Of a stretch of DNA of 54,985 nt, positions 36,119 to 45,492 are shown in pieces. Source of the DNA: Candidatus Omnitrophota bacterium. Lineage in GTDB: Bacteria > Omnitrophota > Gorgyraeia > 2-02-FULL-51-18. Below the pieces are notes generated by a model that saw only the letters and a program-made list of their open reading frames with translations, ran no database searches and had not been told where the DNA came from. Every line of letters starts with the position of its first letter. The stretch's first letter is position 1. The stretch covers positions 1-54,985 of the forward strand of contig JACPAX010000008.1 in assembly GCA_016180585.1 (NCBI GenBank), written 5' to 3'. The position numbers were made by a program, and so were the translations under genes.

Positions 36119-37080
36119 TGGCCGGAAAAAAAAATCAGACGGCGCTCGTCACCGGAGGGGCCGGGTTTCTCGGTTCCCATCTTTGCGAATATTTTCTTGG
36201 CAGGGGTTTCCGCGTGATCGGCGTGGACAATTTTATCACGGGCCGCGAGGCGAACGTCCGTCATCTTTTGAAGCAAAAGAACTTCGTTTTCCTGCGCCGG
36301 GACGTCTCGGCGCCGTTCGGCGTGAAAGAGAGAGTCCATTACGTGTTTCACTTCGCCTCGCCGGCCAGTCCGCCGGATTATCTCAAGTACCCGATTGAGA
36401 CGATGAAGGTCGGCGCCTTCGGCACCTATCAGGCGCTGAATCTGGCCAGGGACAAGCGCAGCGTCTTCATCCTGGCCTCCACGAGCGAAGTTTACGGAGA
36501 CCCGGAGGTGAGCCCCCAGGCCGAGGACTACCGGGGCAGCGTGAACCCCGTGGGGCCCCGCAGCGTTTACGACGAAGCGAAGCGGTTCGCCGAAGCGCTC
36601 ACGGCGGCTTACCGCCGCGAGCACCGGCTCGACACGAAGATCGCCAGGATCTTCAATACTTACGGCGAACGCATGAGACCGGAAGACGGGCGCGTGATCC
36701 CGAATTTTATTTCCCAGGCGCTTCAGGGCAGGCCGCTGACCGTGTACGGCGACGGAAGCCAGACGCGGAGCTACTGTTATGTCGGCGATCTCATTGAGGG
36801 GATCGCAAGGCTGGCGCATTCCTCTTTGCGCGGGCCGGTGAATCTCGGGAACCCCGACGAGATGTCGGTGCTGGAGTTGGCGAAGATGGTCCTTAAAATC
36901 ACCGGGGCCAAATCCGCGCTTGTCCGGCGGCCGCTTCCGGAGGATGACCCCAGAAGGCGCTGCCCCGACATCCGGCTGGCCAAAAAATCCCTGCGCTGGG
37001 CCCCCAAGGTCGCTTTGCGTGAGGGGCTCTCCCGGACCATCGATTACTTCAGAAGCCAGGCCCTCGGAAAAAAAATTTAA
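36118..37080 (+). CDS. UDP-glucuronate decarboxylase (UDP-xylose synthase)
   Basis: LVTGGAGFLGSHL, STSEVYGDP, YDEAKRFAE, RIFNTYGERM and GDGSQTRSYCYV are characteristic of UXS. GTG start overlapping the upstream stop. Confidence 0.88.
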   Translation: MAGKKNQTALVTGGAGFLGSHLCEYFLGRGFRVIGVDNFITGREANVRHLLKQKNFVFLRRDVSAPFGVKERVHYVFHFASPASPPDYLKYPIETMKVGAFGTYQALNLARDKRSVFILASTSEVYGDPEVSPQAEDYRGSVNPVGPRSVYDEAKRFAEALTAAYRREHRLDTKIARIFNTYGERMRPEDGRVIPNFISQALQGRPLTVYGDGSQTRSYCYVGDLIEGIARLAHSSLRGPVNLGNPDEMSVLELAKMVLKITGAKSALVRRPLPEDDPRRRCPDIRLAKKSLRWAPKVALREGLSRTIDYFRSQALGKKI

Positions 37081-37833
37081 GTGGAAAATTTTCCTTACCT
37101 GTCGGTGGTCATCCCGGTTTTCAACGAGGAAGGCACCATCGCCGAGACCCTGCGGCGCCTCCGCGCTTTCTTTTCTCTGAAAGACTACCCGTGGGAATGC
37201 CTTGTCGTGAGCGACGGATCCACCGACCGGACTTGCGAACGCGCGCGGGAGGCGATCGCGGCCCTCTCCGCGGGGGCCCCGTCGAATTTCCGTCTTCTCT
37301 CGAACGCCAAAAACCGAGGCAAGGGCGCGGCGGCCCGGCAAGGGATGCTGGCGGCAAGCGGACGCTACATCTTGCTCACGGATGTCGACTTGTCTTCCCC
37401 GATCAAGGAAGCGGACAAATTGGTCCTGGCCCTCGAGGAGGGGAGCGACATCGCGATCGGATCGCGCGCGCTGCGCGCCCCCGGCGCGGATGTCCGGCAA
37501 AGCCTGCGGCGTCGCATTTCGGGAAGGCTCTTTAACCTTGCCGTGAGGACGCTCCTTTTGAGGGATTTTCAAGACACGCAATGCGGCTTCAAGTGCTTCC
37601 GGAAGGAGGCCGCGCACCGCCTGTTTACCCTGCAGACGCTCGACGGATTCAGCTTCGACGTGGAGGTCCTGTATCTGGCCGTAAAAAACGGCATGCAGGT
37701 GAAAGAAGTCCCCGTGATGTGGAGCCAGGGACAGGACACCAAGGTCAAGTTTTTGCGCGATTCTTACCGCATGGTCCGCGACCTTTTCTTTCTCCGCCGG
37801 AAGTACCTTAGAAAGCGGCGGTTTGTAGTATAA
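37081..37833 (+). CDS. Glycosyltransferase family 2 (polyprenyl-phosphate beta-glucosyltransferase-like)
   Basis: LSVVIPVFNEEGTI...VVSDGSTDRT...NRGKGAA...TDVDLSSP motifs. GTG start. Confidence 0.85.
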   Translation: MENFPYLSVVIPVFNEEGTIAETLRRLRAFFSLKDYPWECLVVSDGSTDRTCERAREAIAALSAGAPSNFRLLSNAKNRGKGAAARQGMLAASGRYILLTDVDLSSPIKEADKLVLALEEGSDIAIGSRALRAPGADVRQSLRRRISGRLFNLAVRTLLLRDFQDTQCGFKCFRKEAAHRLFTLQTLDGFSFDVEVLYLAVKNGMQVKEVPVMWSQGQDTKVKFLRDSYRMVRDLFFLRRKYLRKRRFVV

Positions 37834-37874
37834 TAAAAGAAAAAAGAGAGCCTAACGAAGAAGGAGGTTTCCCC

Positions 37875-38345
37875 ATGAAGAAAAAAATCCTCGTCCTTAT
37901 GATGGTTGCGGTGTTTGCCGGCGGCGCTTTCGCTTTCGCCGGCTGTCCTCACGGAGGCAAGCCGTGCGCGCTGTCGGGGTCGGAATCCGAGAGCCCGTGT
38001 CCGGTCACCCAAAAGTTCCTCAAGAAAGCGCGTTTCTACCTGGGTAACGCCGAGGCCATCGGCCTGAGCGAAGAGCAGGCGAAGACCCTCCGGGCCCTTC
38101 AGGCGGACGTCAAAAAGGACGCGATCCGTCAGGGCGCCCAGATGCAAATCTTCGCGATGGACGTTCAGGCGAAGCTCTCGGAAGAGAAGGTGGACGTCGC
38201 CGCCGTCAGCCAGATGATTGAGGAGGAGTCCAAAACCTTTGTCGAGGCCGCCAAACGGACGGTAAGCGCCTACGCGAAGATGAAGGACACGTTGTCGGCG
38301 GAACAGAAGGACAAGGCGAAGGCCTTGTGGAAGAAAAAAAGCTAA
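37875..38345 (+). CDS. Secreted Spy/CpxP/ZraP-like periplasmic protein with an N-terminal Cys/His motif
   Basis: Signal peptide, a CPHGGKPC...C motif, and two L(S/T)xxQ motifs (LSEEQ, LSAEQ) in a helical, Lys/Glu-rich body. AAGGAGG SD. Confidence 0.6.
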   Translation: MKKKILVLMMVAVFAGGAFAFAGCPHGGKPCALSGSESESPCPVTQKFLKKARFYLGNAEAIGLSEEQAKTLRALQADVKKDAIRQGAQMQIFAMDVQAKLSEEKVDVAAVSQMIEEESKTFVEAAKRTVSAYAKMKDTLSAEQKDKAKALWKKKS

Positions 38346-38471
38346 CAGTCCGATGAAAAAGCCCAATCTGCTTCGTTGCTCGGTCGCTCGCTTGTGCGGC
38401 GCTATTCCCATAGCGCCTCCGCGCTCGCTCCCTCGCGCCTCGCATCTTGGGCTTTTTGATCAGACTGTTCG
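38343..38471. repeat. Copy B (inverted orientation) of the 129-nt element seen at 1-129
   Basis: It matches the reverse complement of 1-129 with about five substitutions. It starts inside the stop codon of the upstream gene. Confidence 0.9.
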
Positions 38472-38528
38472 GTTAATAGGTTTTTCAGCAGACTGCTGAA
38501 AGCAATTCCATAAAAACAGGAGAAAACG

Positions 38529-38792
38529 ATGAAGTCAGTGCGGAGTTTTGCGTTGTTTTTAATCGTCTCGGCTTTGCTGGTGTCGGGCGTGGCGTACGCG
38601 AATTGCGGCATGGACCATGGAAAAGGCGGAGTCTGTCCGATGGACAAGGCCGGCGATTATAAATCGACGATTATGGAGGCCGCAGCGGCCCTGAAAGAGA
38701 CCCATCCGGATTTGTCGGCCAAGCTTGAAGAGATAGCCGCCAAGTGCTGCGAGATCAATCTTCACCAGGGCGCGGATGCCGAAGAAGCTTAG
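38529..38792 (+). CDS. Small secreted Cys/His/Met-rich protein
   Basis: 87 aa. Signal peptide, then [14 protein letters not shown] and a C-terminal CC pair. CAGGAG SD. Confidence 0.55.
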   Translation: MKSVRSFALFLIVSALLVSGVAYANCGMDHGKGGVCPMDKAGDYKSTIMEAAAALKETHPDLSAKLEEIAAKCCEINLHQGADAEEA

Positions 38793-38824
38793 GACTGTTA
38801 ATTTCTCAAATAACCGGTGAATTG

Positions 38825-38863
38825 GGGCAGGAAGACCGCGGGTTTTCCTGCCCTAATTTTTTT
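38825..38863 (+). terminator. Rho-independent terminator-like hairpin with a T-tract
   Basis: gggcaggaa (38825-38833) pairs with ttcctgccc (38845-38853), followed by taattttttt. The T-tract ends 1 nt before the yyaL ATG. Confidence 0.6.
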
Positions 38864-40975
38864 ATGAGCGCCAATCGCCTGATTCGCGAAAAAAGCCCCT
38901 ACCTTTTGCAGCACGCCCACAACCCCGTGGACTGGTACCCGTGGGGCGAGGAGGCATTTGAAAAAAGCCGCAGAGAAGACAAGCCGATTCTTCTGTCGAT
39001 CGGTTATTCCACCTGCCACTGGTGTCACGTGATGGAGAAGGAATCCTTTGAGGACCTCCGGACCGCGCGTCTTATGAACGAGGGTTTTGTCGCGGTCAAA
39101 GTCGACCGCGAGGAACGCCCGGACATCGACCACCTGTACATAAATTACGTGACGGCCACGACCGGCGGAGGCGGTTGGCCGATGACGGTATTTTTGACGC
39201 CGGACCAAAAGCCTTTTTATGGCGGGACCTACTTTCCCCCCGAGGACCGTTTTGGAATTCCCGGCTTCAGGACGCTTTTGGGATCGATGGCGGACGCCTG
39301 GAAGACGCGCCGCGCGGAGATTCTCGAGTCCGCCGATTCGGCGGCCGCGTTTTTGAAAAATCAGGAGTTTGCCGCCTCTCCCGGAAAGAACGAATTGTCG
39401 GCCCAGACCCTGGACGCGGCCTTCGAGCGCGCCAAATCGGCCTTTGATCCCGGCCACGGCGGATTCGGGGGAGCACCCAAGTTTCCGCGGAGCCACGCGC
39501 TGTCCCTCCTCCTCCGCCATTGGCGCCGGTCGAACCATGACGAGGCGCTCCGGATTGCGGAAACGACGCTCAAGGCCATGGCCCGCGGGGGGATGCATGA
39601 CCAGATCGGCGGAGGTTTTCACCGCTACTCCACGGACCGCCAGTGGAGAATTCCGCATTTCGAAAAGATGCTGTATGACCAGGCCTTGCTCGCGAAGACT
39701 TATCTGGAGGCCTATCAGGCCACTCGCGGGGAGGAATACGCGGCGGTGGCGCGAAAAACACTGGAGTATGTCCTGAGGATCATGACGGATTCCGACGGCG
39801 GATTTTTTTCGGCCGAGGACGCGGATAGCCCGGATCCCCGGGGGAGCGGCGAAAAGAAGGAGGGCGCCTATTATCTCTGGACGGAAAATGAGATCGAGAA
39901 ATGTCTGCCCAAAGATTCGGCGGCCGTCGTGGCGTTTCATTACGGGATCGCCCGGGAGGGGAATGCGATCGCCGATCCCCACCGCGAGTTTGAGGGGCTC
40001 AACGTTCTTTACCGCGCGCATTCGATTCCGGAGACGGCCGCCCATTTTAAAATCCGCCCGGAAGAAGTCGAAACAATCATGACGCGGGCGGATGCGCGGC
40101 TCCTCGAGGTCCGCGCGGCCCGGCCCTCGCCTCATCGGGACGACAAGGTGCTTGCGGACTGGAACGGGCTGGTGATCGCCGCCTTTGCGTTGGCCGGCCG
40201 TATTCTGGAAGAGCCCCGTTACACCGCCGCCGCCGAAAGAGCGGCCCGTTTTATCCGTGATCGCCTGAAGGATCCGCACGGCCGCCTGCTTCATCGCTGG
40301 CGCGACGGCGAGGCCGCGATACGGGGAAACTTAAGCGACTATTCTTTCTTCATCGAGGGGTGTCTCGAGCTGTATCAGGCGACTTTTGACGAGCGGTGGC
40401 TCGAGGAGGCCCGCGCCGACGCCGAAACGATGATCCGGTTTTTCTGGGACTCCGCCTCCGGCGGTTTTTTTCTCACGGCCCGGGACGCCGAAACGCTGAT
40501 CGCCCGGCCCAAGGACCTTTACGACGGCGCGGTCCCCTCGGGAAACTCGGTCGCGGCGCTGGACCTTTTGCGTCTGGACCGCTTCACGGCGGACGGGCGT
40601 TTCCGGGAATACGCCGAAAAGATTTTCGCCGCTTTCGGCGCCACGGTGGCCGGGGACCCGGCGTCCTACCCGCAATTTCTGGCGGCGGTGGATGAGGGCT
40701 TGGGCCCCTCGACCGAGATCGTGATTGCCGGGGATCCGGACGACGCGACGGTCCGGGCGATGCTGCGAGAAATTCATTTGCGATTTTTCCCCAATAAAAT
40801 TATCATGCTTCATAGGCCGGGCCCGGCCGGCCGAAGGCTTGAGGCGATAGCGCCCTACGTCAAGGCGTATCTGCCCGTCGGCGGCAAACCCGCGGCCTAT
40901 GTGTGCCGCAACCACGCTTGCGAGCTTCCGGTGACGGGGGTAGCGGAGTTAAAAAAGTTATTGGATCGGGAATAA
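38864..40975 (+). CDS. yyaL: Thioredoxin-domain protein of the YyaL/DUF255 (SSP411-like) family
   Basis: [24 protein letters not shown] and [10 protein letters not shown] motifs, plus a C-terminal six-hairpin glycosidase-like region. Confidence 0.9.
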   Translation: MSANRLIREKSPYLLQHAHNPVDWYPWGEEAFEKSRREDKPILLSIGYSTCHWCHVMEKESFEDLRTARLMNEGFVAVKVDREERPDIDHLYINYVTATTGGGGWPMTVFLTPDQKPFYGGTYFPPEDRFGIPGFRTLLGSMADAWKTRRAEILESADSAAAFLKNQEFAASPGKNELSAQTLDAAFERAKSAFDPGHGGFGGAPKFPRSHALSLLLRHWRRSNHDEALRIAETTLKAMARGGMHDQIGGGFHRYSTDRQWRIPHFEKMLYDQALLAKTYLEAYQATRGEEYAAVARKTLEYVLRIMTDSDGGFFSAEDADSPDPRGSGEKKEGAYYLWTENEIEKCLPKDSAAVVAFHYGIAREGNAIADPHREFEGLNVLYRAHSIPETAAHFKIRPEEVETIMTRADARLLEVRAARPSPHRDDKVLADWNGLVIAAFALAGRILEEPRYTAAAERAARFIRDRLKDPHGRLLHRWRDGEAAIRGNLSDYSFFIEGCLELYQATFDERWLEEARADAETMIRFFWDSASGGFFLTARDAETLIARPKDLYDGAVPSGNSVAALDLLRLDRFTADGRFREYAEKIFAAFGATVAGDPASYPQFLAAVDEGLGPSTEIVIAGDPDDATVRAMLREIHLRFFPNKIIMLHRPGPAGRRLEAIAPYVKAYLPVGGKPAAYVCRNHACELPVTGVAELKKLLDRE

Positions 40976-40988
40976 TAAGGTTGAACGG

Positions 40989-42098
40989 ATGAAAGTGGCA
41001 ACAGAAAATCCTTTGAAGCAGGCGCTGGGCTGCGGCCAAAGCATCTGGTATGACGGGCTTGTGTCCCACCGGGAGTTTGAGGACATGATCCGCGAGGACG
41101 GGATTCGCGGCGCCACCACCAACCCCACGATTTTTGAGAAATCGCTTTCCGGCGGGGAGTACGACAAAGCGCTTTCCGGCCTCCTGGGGGCGCGTCCGGC
41201 CGAAGAAATTTACCGGACGATCGCCGCCAAGGCCGTGCAGGACGTGGCGGACCTTTTTCTTCCGGTGGCTGACCGGACCCGCGGCGAAGACGGTTTTGTG
41301 TCGATCGAGGTTAGCCCGCTTCTGGCCCACGACACCCAGGCCACCTTAAGCGAGGCGAGGGAGCTGTGGCGTCTTGTCGGCCGTCAGAATGTCATGATCA
41401 AGGTTCCGGCGACGCGCGAGGGGATCCCGGCGGTGCGCGCGCTCATCGCCGACGGGATCCACGTGAACATCACGCTGATTTTTTCGGTGAAGAGGTACCG
41501 CGAGGTGATCGAGGCCTATCTCGGCGGGTTGGAGGAGCGGGTTCGCGGCGGCAAGGCCGTGTCCGGCGTCGCTTCGGTCGCGAGCTTTTTTGTCAGCCGG
41601 GTCGACACGGCCGTCGACAAAATTCTCGAGGAGAAGATCGCCAAGGCCGCTCAGGGCCCTGAAAAAGAGGCGCTTGAGTCGCTTCTTGGAAAGGCCGCGA
41701 TCGCCAACTCAAAGGTCGCCTATGACGTCTTCGAGAAAATATTTTTCGGTCCCCGCTTCGAAAAGCTCGGAGCCAAAAACGCGCGGCTTCAGCGGCCGCT
41801 TTGGGCCAGCACCGGCACGAAGAACCCGCGTTACGGCGACGTGGTTTACGTCGAGGCGCTGATGGGCCCGCACACGGTGGACACCGTCCCGCCGGCGACG
41901 CTCGCCGCTTTTCGGGATCACGGCGTCGCCCGGGCGCGCCTGAAAGACAACGTGCCCGGCGCCTATGAGACGCTGGAGAAGATAGCGGCCGCCGGGATCA
42001 ATCTTGAAAAAACGACACAGGAACTGGAAGACGCGGGGGTCAAGTCCTTCGGCGACTCTTACAGGAAAATCATCGATTTGATTCGGACAAGGAAATGA
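40989..42098 (+). CDS. tal: Transaldolase (long form)
   Basis: GQSIWYDGL, GATTNPTIF and VMIKVPAT motifs. Confidence 0.92.
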   Translation: MKVATENPLKQALGCGQSIWYDGLVSHREFEDMIREDGIRGATTNPTIFEKSLSGGEYDKALSGLLGARPAEEIYRTIAAKAVQDVADLFLPVADRTRGEDGFVSIEVSPLLAHDTQATLSEARELWRLVGRQNVMIKVPATREGIPAVRALIADGIHVNITLIFSVKRYREVIEAYLGGLEERVRGGKAVSGVASVASFFVSRVDTAVDKILEEKIAKAAQGPEKEALESLLGKAAIANSKVAYDVFEKIFFGPRFEKLGAKNARLQRPLWASTGTKNPRYGDVVYVEALMGPHTVDTVPPATLAAFRDHGVARARLKDNVPGAYETLEKIAAAGINLEKTTQELEDAGVKSFGDSYRKIIDLIRTRK

Positions 42099-43759
42099 AC
42101 GGGGGCCGTTACCGCCCGAAAGAATCCTGGGGCGATTATCAAGAGAGCCTGAGCGAGTGGACGGACCGCGCGGCCAGGCAGTCTTTGATCCCGAGGATTT
42201 GGGCCAAAGACGCCTCTCTGTGGACCGGCGATCCGGAAGGGCAGCGGGAGGTCAGGGCCCGGCTCGGATGGCTTACCGCTCCCGGCCAGTCCAGGGAATT
42301 GGCCGGCGACATCCAATCGGTGGTCTCGGAGGTCAGGAAGGCCGGTTTTTCGCATGTCGTGCTGCTGGGCATGGGCGGTTCAAGCCTGGCCCCGGCGGTG
42401 TTTCAAAGCATCTTCGGCCGCGCGGAAGGTTATCCGGAGCTTATCGTTCTCGACAGCACCGATCCTCTGCAGGTCAAAGACACCGAGCAAAGAGCAGAGA
42501 TCGAAAAGACCCTTTTTATCGTATCCAGCAAATCGGGAGGCACGATAGAACTTCTTTCGTTTTTTAAATATTTCTACGACAAAGTGCGGAGCCGCAAAGG
42601 CGACGAGGCCGGGAGCCATTTCATCGCGATCACGGACCCGGGGACGCCGCTCGAGACGCTCGCCAAGACACACCGCTTCCGAAAAGTTTTTTTGGCCCCG
42701 GCGGACGTCGGGGGGCGTTTTTCCGCATTGACCTATTTCGGTCTCTTGCCCGCCGGCCTCATCGGCGTGGACCTGGACAAAGTCCTCGAGGCCGCGGGAG
42801 ACATGGCAGGCGCGGTGTCTCCCTCCGTGGCCGTCCGCGAGAACGCGGCCCTTTCCCTGGGCATCGGGATGGCGGTGCTCGCGGAGGAAGGCCGGGACAA
42901 GCTGACGCTCCTGACCTCTCCGTCGCTGGAATCTTTCGCCGATTGGGCCGAGCAGCTTGTCGCCGAAAGCAGCGGCAAGGAGGGCGCGGGAATCGTCCCC
43001 GTGGTGCGGGAGCCGATCGGCCCCGTCGAGTCCTACGGACACGACCGTTTTTTCGTGGCGCTTCTTTCGGACGGGGAGAAAACCGCCGAAGACACCGCGC
43101 TTGAGAAAAAGCTCGCGGAGCTGGCGGAGGCGGGACACCCTGTTCTGCGTTACCGGCTCAGGGAAAAATGGGATTTGGGCGCGGAATTTTTCCGATGGGA
43201 GATGGCGACCGCCGTCGCGTGCGCGCTTCTCAAAATCAACGCGTTTGATCAGCCGGACGTGCAGTCCGCGAAGGAGCGAACCAAAGCGCTTCTCGGGGCG
43301 TCGGCGGCCGGCAGAGAAATTCCCGTGAAGATTTCCGAAAGAGACCTGGGGACTTTTTGGGAAAACGCCGAGGAGGGGGACTACGCGGCGATCCTGGCTT
43401 TTCTGCCGGACCGGCCCGCGCTGCGGAAGGCCCTGACGGACCTTCAACGGGAGATCAGAGACCGCCGGAAGATGGCGGTTACCGTCGGGCTGGGGCCGCG
43501 TTACCTGCATTCCACCGGGCAACTCCACAAGGGCGGGCCCAACAAGGGCGTGTTTTTGCTGGTGACCACGGAGCACGCGGAGGACCTGCCGGTGCCCGGG
43601 GAGCCGTACGGCTTTGCGCGCCTGGAACTGGCGCAGGCGATGGGGGAGATGGAGGCGCTCGAGGAAAAGGGCCGGTGGGTTTTTCATTACCGGCTAAAAG
43701 AGGCCTCCGGGCAGGAGCTGGATCGGCTCGCCGGCGATGTCCGGGTGGCCCTGGGATGA
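42095..43759 (+). CDS. pgi: Glucose-6-phosphate isomerase
   Basis: SIS-domain motifs LLGMGGSSLAP and VSSKSGGTIE. 4-nt overlap with tal. Confidence 0.88.
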   Translation: MNGGRYRPKESWGDYQESLSEWTDRAARQSLIPRIWAKDASLWTGDPEGQREVRARLGWLTAPGQSRELAGDIQSVVSEVRKAGFSHVVLLGMGGSSLAPAVFQSIFGRAEGYPELIVLDSTDPLQVKDTEQRAEIEKTLFIVSSKSGGTIELLSFFKYFYDKVRSRKGDEAGSHFIAITDPGTPLETLAKTHRFRKVFLAPADVGGRFSALTYFGLLPAGLIGVDLDKVLEAAGDMAGAVSPSVAVRENAALSLGIGMAVLAEEGRDKLTLLTSPSLESFADWAEQLVAESSGKEGAGIVPVVREPIGPVESYGHDRFFVALLSDGEKTAEDTALEKKLAELAEAGHPVLRYRLREKWDLGAEFFRWEMATAVACALLKINAFDQPDVQSAKERTKALLGASAAGREIPVKISERDLGTFWENAEEGDYAAILAFLPDRPALRKALTDLQREIRDRRKMAVTVGLGPRYLHSTGQLHKGGPNKGVFLLVTTEHAEDLPVPGEPYGFARLELAQAMGEMEALEEKGRWVFHYRLKEASGQELDRLAGDVRVALG

Positions 43760-44304
43760 AATTCACTCCGGCTGCCGGGCTTCCGGGAGTATGGGTGGTT
43801 GAGCCCGACGTCCGTCGGGACGCGCGCGGGTTTTTCTTTGAAGCCTACAGCGCCCGTTTTTTTAAGGAGAACGGGATCGGAGAAGTCTTCGTCCAGGACA
43901 ATCACAGCCTCTCCCGGCGGGGTGTCCTGCGCGGTCTGCACTTTCAGGTCGAGCCGCATGCCCAGGCGAAGCTTGTGAGCGTCCTGCGCGGCAGCGCGTT
44001 TGACGTCGTGGTGGACATCCGCAAAGAATCCGGCACGTTCGGCCGCTACGCGACCGAGGTTCTCTCCGCCGAAAACCGGAAGACGGTGTATATCCCCAAG
44101 GGGTTCGCCCACGGGTTTCTCGCGCTCGAGGACGACACCCATTTTCTTTACAAGGTCTCGGATTTTTATTCTCCCGCCGGCCAGCGGGGCATTTTGTGGA
44201 ACGACCCGCAGATCGGGATCCCCTGGCCGGCGATCGAAGGCGGTTACCTCCTCTCCGAGAAAGACAAGAAAAATCAGACCCTTGAGACTTATCGACAATC
44301 CTGA
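43756..44304 (+). CDS. rfbC: dTDP-4-dehydrorhamnose 3,5-epimerase
   Basis: D.RGFF.E, NHS....VLRGLHFQ and KLV.V..G...DV.VD.R motifs. The ATG at 43756 overlaps the pgi stop. Confidence 0.92.
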   Translation: MKFTPAAGLPGVWVVEPDVRRDARGFFFEAYSARFFKENGIGEVFVQDNHSLSRRGVLRGLHFQVEPHAQAKLVSVLRGSAFDVVVDIRKESGTFGRYATEVLSAENRKTVYIPKGFAHGFLALEDDTHFLYKVSDFYSPAGQRGILWNDPQIGIPWPAIEGGYLLSEKDKKNQTLETYRQS

Positions 44305-45436
44305 ACTTCTGGACCGGGCGCTGGAGGTCCTGTCGGCCTGCGACTCGGCCGCGGTGGACACCGAGGCGGACAGCCTGCACCACTACGCCGAAAAACTCTG
44401 TCTGGTGCAGATCAGCACGCCGGACGACGATCTGGTGATCGATCCCCTCGCCGGATTGGACCTGGGCCCGCTCTGCCGTCTCCTCGAAGAAAAAAAACTC
44501 GTCTTTCACGGCGCGGATTTTGACATCCGCATGCTGAAGAAATCTTCCGGTTTCGAGCCGAAAGAGATTTTTGACACGCTGCTGGCGGCGCAGCTTCTCG
44601 GCTATGAGAAACAGGGCCTCGCGGACCTGGTCGCGCGGCACTACGACGTGACGCTCTCCAAGGCAAACCAGAAAGCGGATTGGTCCCGACGTCCGCTCGG
44701 CGACGATCTTCTGAAGTATGCGGCCAACGACACGCATTATCTTCTGCCGCTTCGCGCCAAGCTTCGGGGGGAGCTTGAGGCGCTCGGCCGCGAGGGGTGG
44801 CACCGGCAAAGCTGCCACAGGCTTCGGGAGTCGCTCGCGAACTGGGAGGAAAATCCCGTTGCGGAAGAAGACGAGTGGCGGATCAAGGGGAGCAAGGCCC
44901 TCAAGGGCAAGGCGCTCGTGATTCTCAAGGCGCTGTGGACCTGGAGAGAGGAAGAAGCCAAAAAGAAGGACAGGCCCCGCTTCAAGATCGTGAACGGAGA
45001 GTATCTCATCGACGTCGCGCGGTGGTCTTCGGAAAACCCGGGAAGGGACATCGCGCTCTGGCCGGACGCGCCACGAAATATCCGGGGGACCTACCGCGAG
45101 GTGATCAACGCGGTAATCAAACAATCGGAGCATCTTCCGCCGGTCGAACCGTATAAGAGGACTTTCTCGGGGCCAAAAAAAAGGTGGGGCAACCGCGAAA
45201 GCGAAAGATTTCAGGCCCTGAGAGAGGCGAGGGAAAAAATCGCCGCCGAACTCAAGATCCGTCCGAGTCTTCTGGCGACCAACGCGGTGCTCGAGCTCGT
45301 TTCGTCCGATCCCCCGATCGACCGGCGCGCGATGAAGGACTCCGGATTTTTCATGCCGTGGCAGGCCGAGGTCCTCGCCGGGCGATTTCTCGAAATCCTC
45401 CATGCCTCCCGGCAGGCAGGTCACGGGGCCCCTTGA
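44282..45436 (+). CDS. rnd: Ribonuclease D (DEDDy 3'-5' exonuclease plus HRDC)
   Basis: AVDTEADSL, ADFDIRML and YAANDTHYL exonuclease motifs. In-frame TTG at 44282 proposed as the start (uncertain). Confidence 0.85.
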   Translation: MRLIDNPELLDRALEVLSACDSAAVDTEADSLHHYAEKLCLVQISTPDDDLVIDPLAGLDLGPLCRLLEEKKLVFHGADFDIRMLKKSSGFEPKEIFDTLLAAQLLGYEKQGLADLVARHYDVTLSKANQKADWSRRPLGDDLLKYAANDTHYLLPLRAKLRGELEALGREGWHRQSCHRLRESLANWEENPVAEEDEWRIKGSKALKGKALVILKALWTWREEEAKKKDRPRFKIVNGEYLIDVARWSSENPGRDIALWPDAPRNIRGTYREVINAVIKQSEHLPPVEPYKRTFSGPKKRWGNRESERFQALREAREKIAAELKIRPSLLATNAVLELVSSDPPIDRRAMKDSGFFMPWQAEVLAGRFLEILHASRQAGHGAP

Positions 45437-45492
45437 CGGGTATTTGGTTATTCCTTTTTTGAGACCAACGGCGTAAAATAAGACTCAAATTT

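Noticed and set aside
36115-37617. 500-aa minus-strand ORF, and similar long antisense ORFs at 43862-45424, 38798-40294, 33795-35129, 42380-43687 and 21147-22292
   Set aside because: Each is antisense to a well-supported + strand gene (UXS/GT2, rnd, yyaL, the dehydrogenase, pgi, malK-like). They are stop-codon-poor shadow frames of GC-rich coding sequence.
1-38471. The idea that the two inverted copies of the 129-nt element delimit a 38-kb composite mobile element
   Set aside because: The interval contains core housekeeping genes (purC, miaA/B, dnaK/J, accD, lptD) with backbone composition and no transposase or integrase. The copies are better explained as dispersed MITE/REP-like elements.
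43357-43755. Long N-terminal extensions offered by the ORF track (rfbC from 43357, hflX from 10359, tsaC from 3105, yyaL from 38744, rfbD from 31878, rnd from 44000)
   Set aside because: The extensions overlap the preceding well-supported genes and have Arg/Gly/Pro-rich junk composition. Internal starts give canonical family N-termini and 4-nt-type overlaps.
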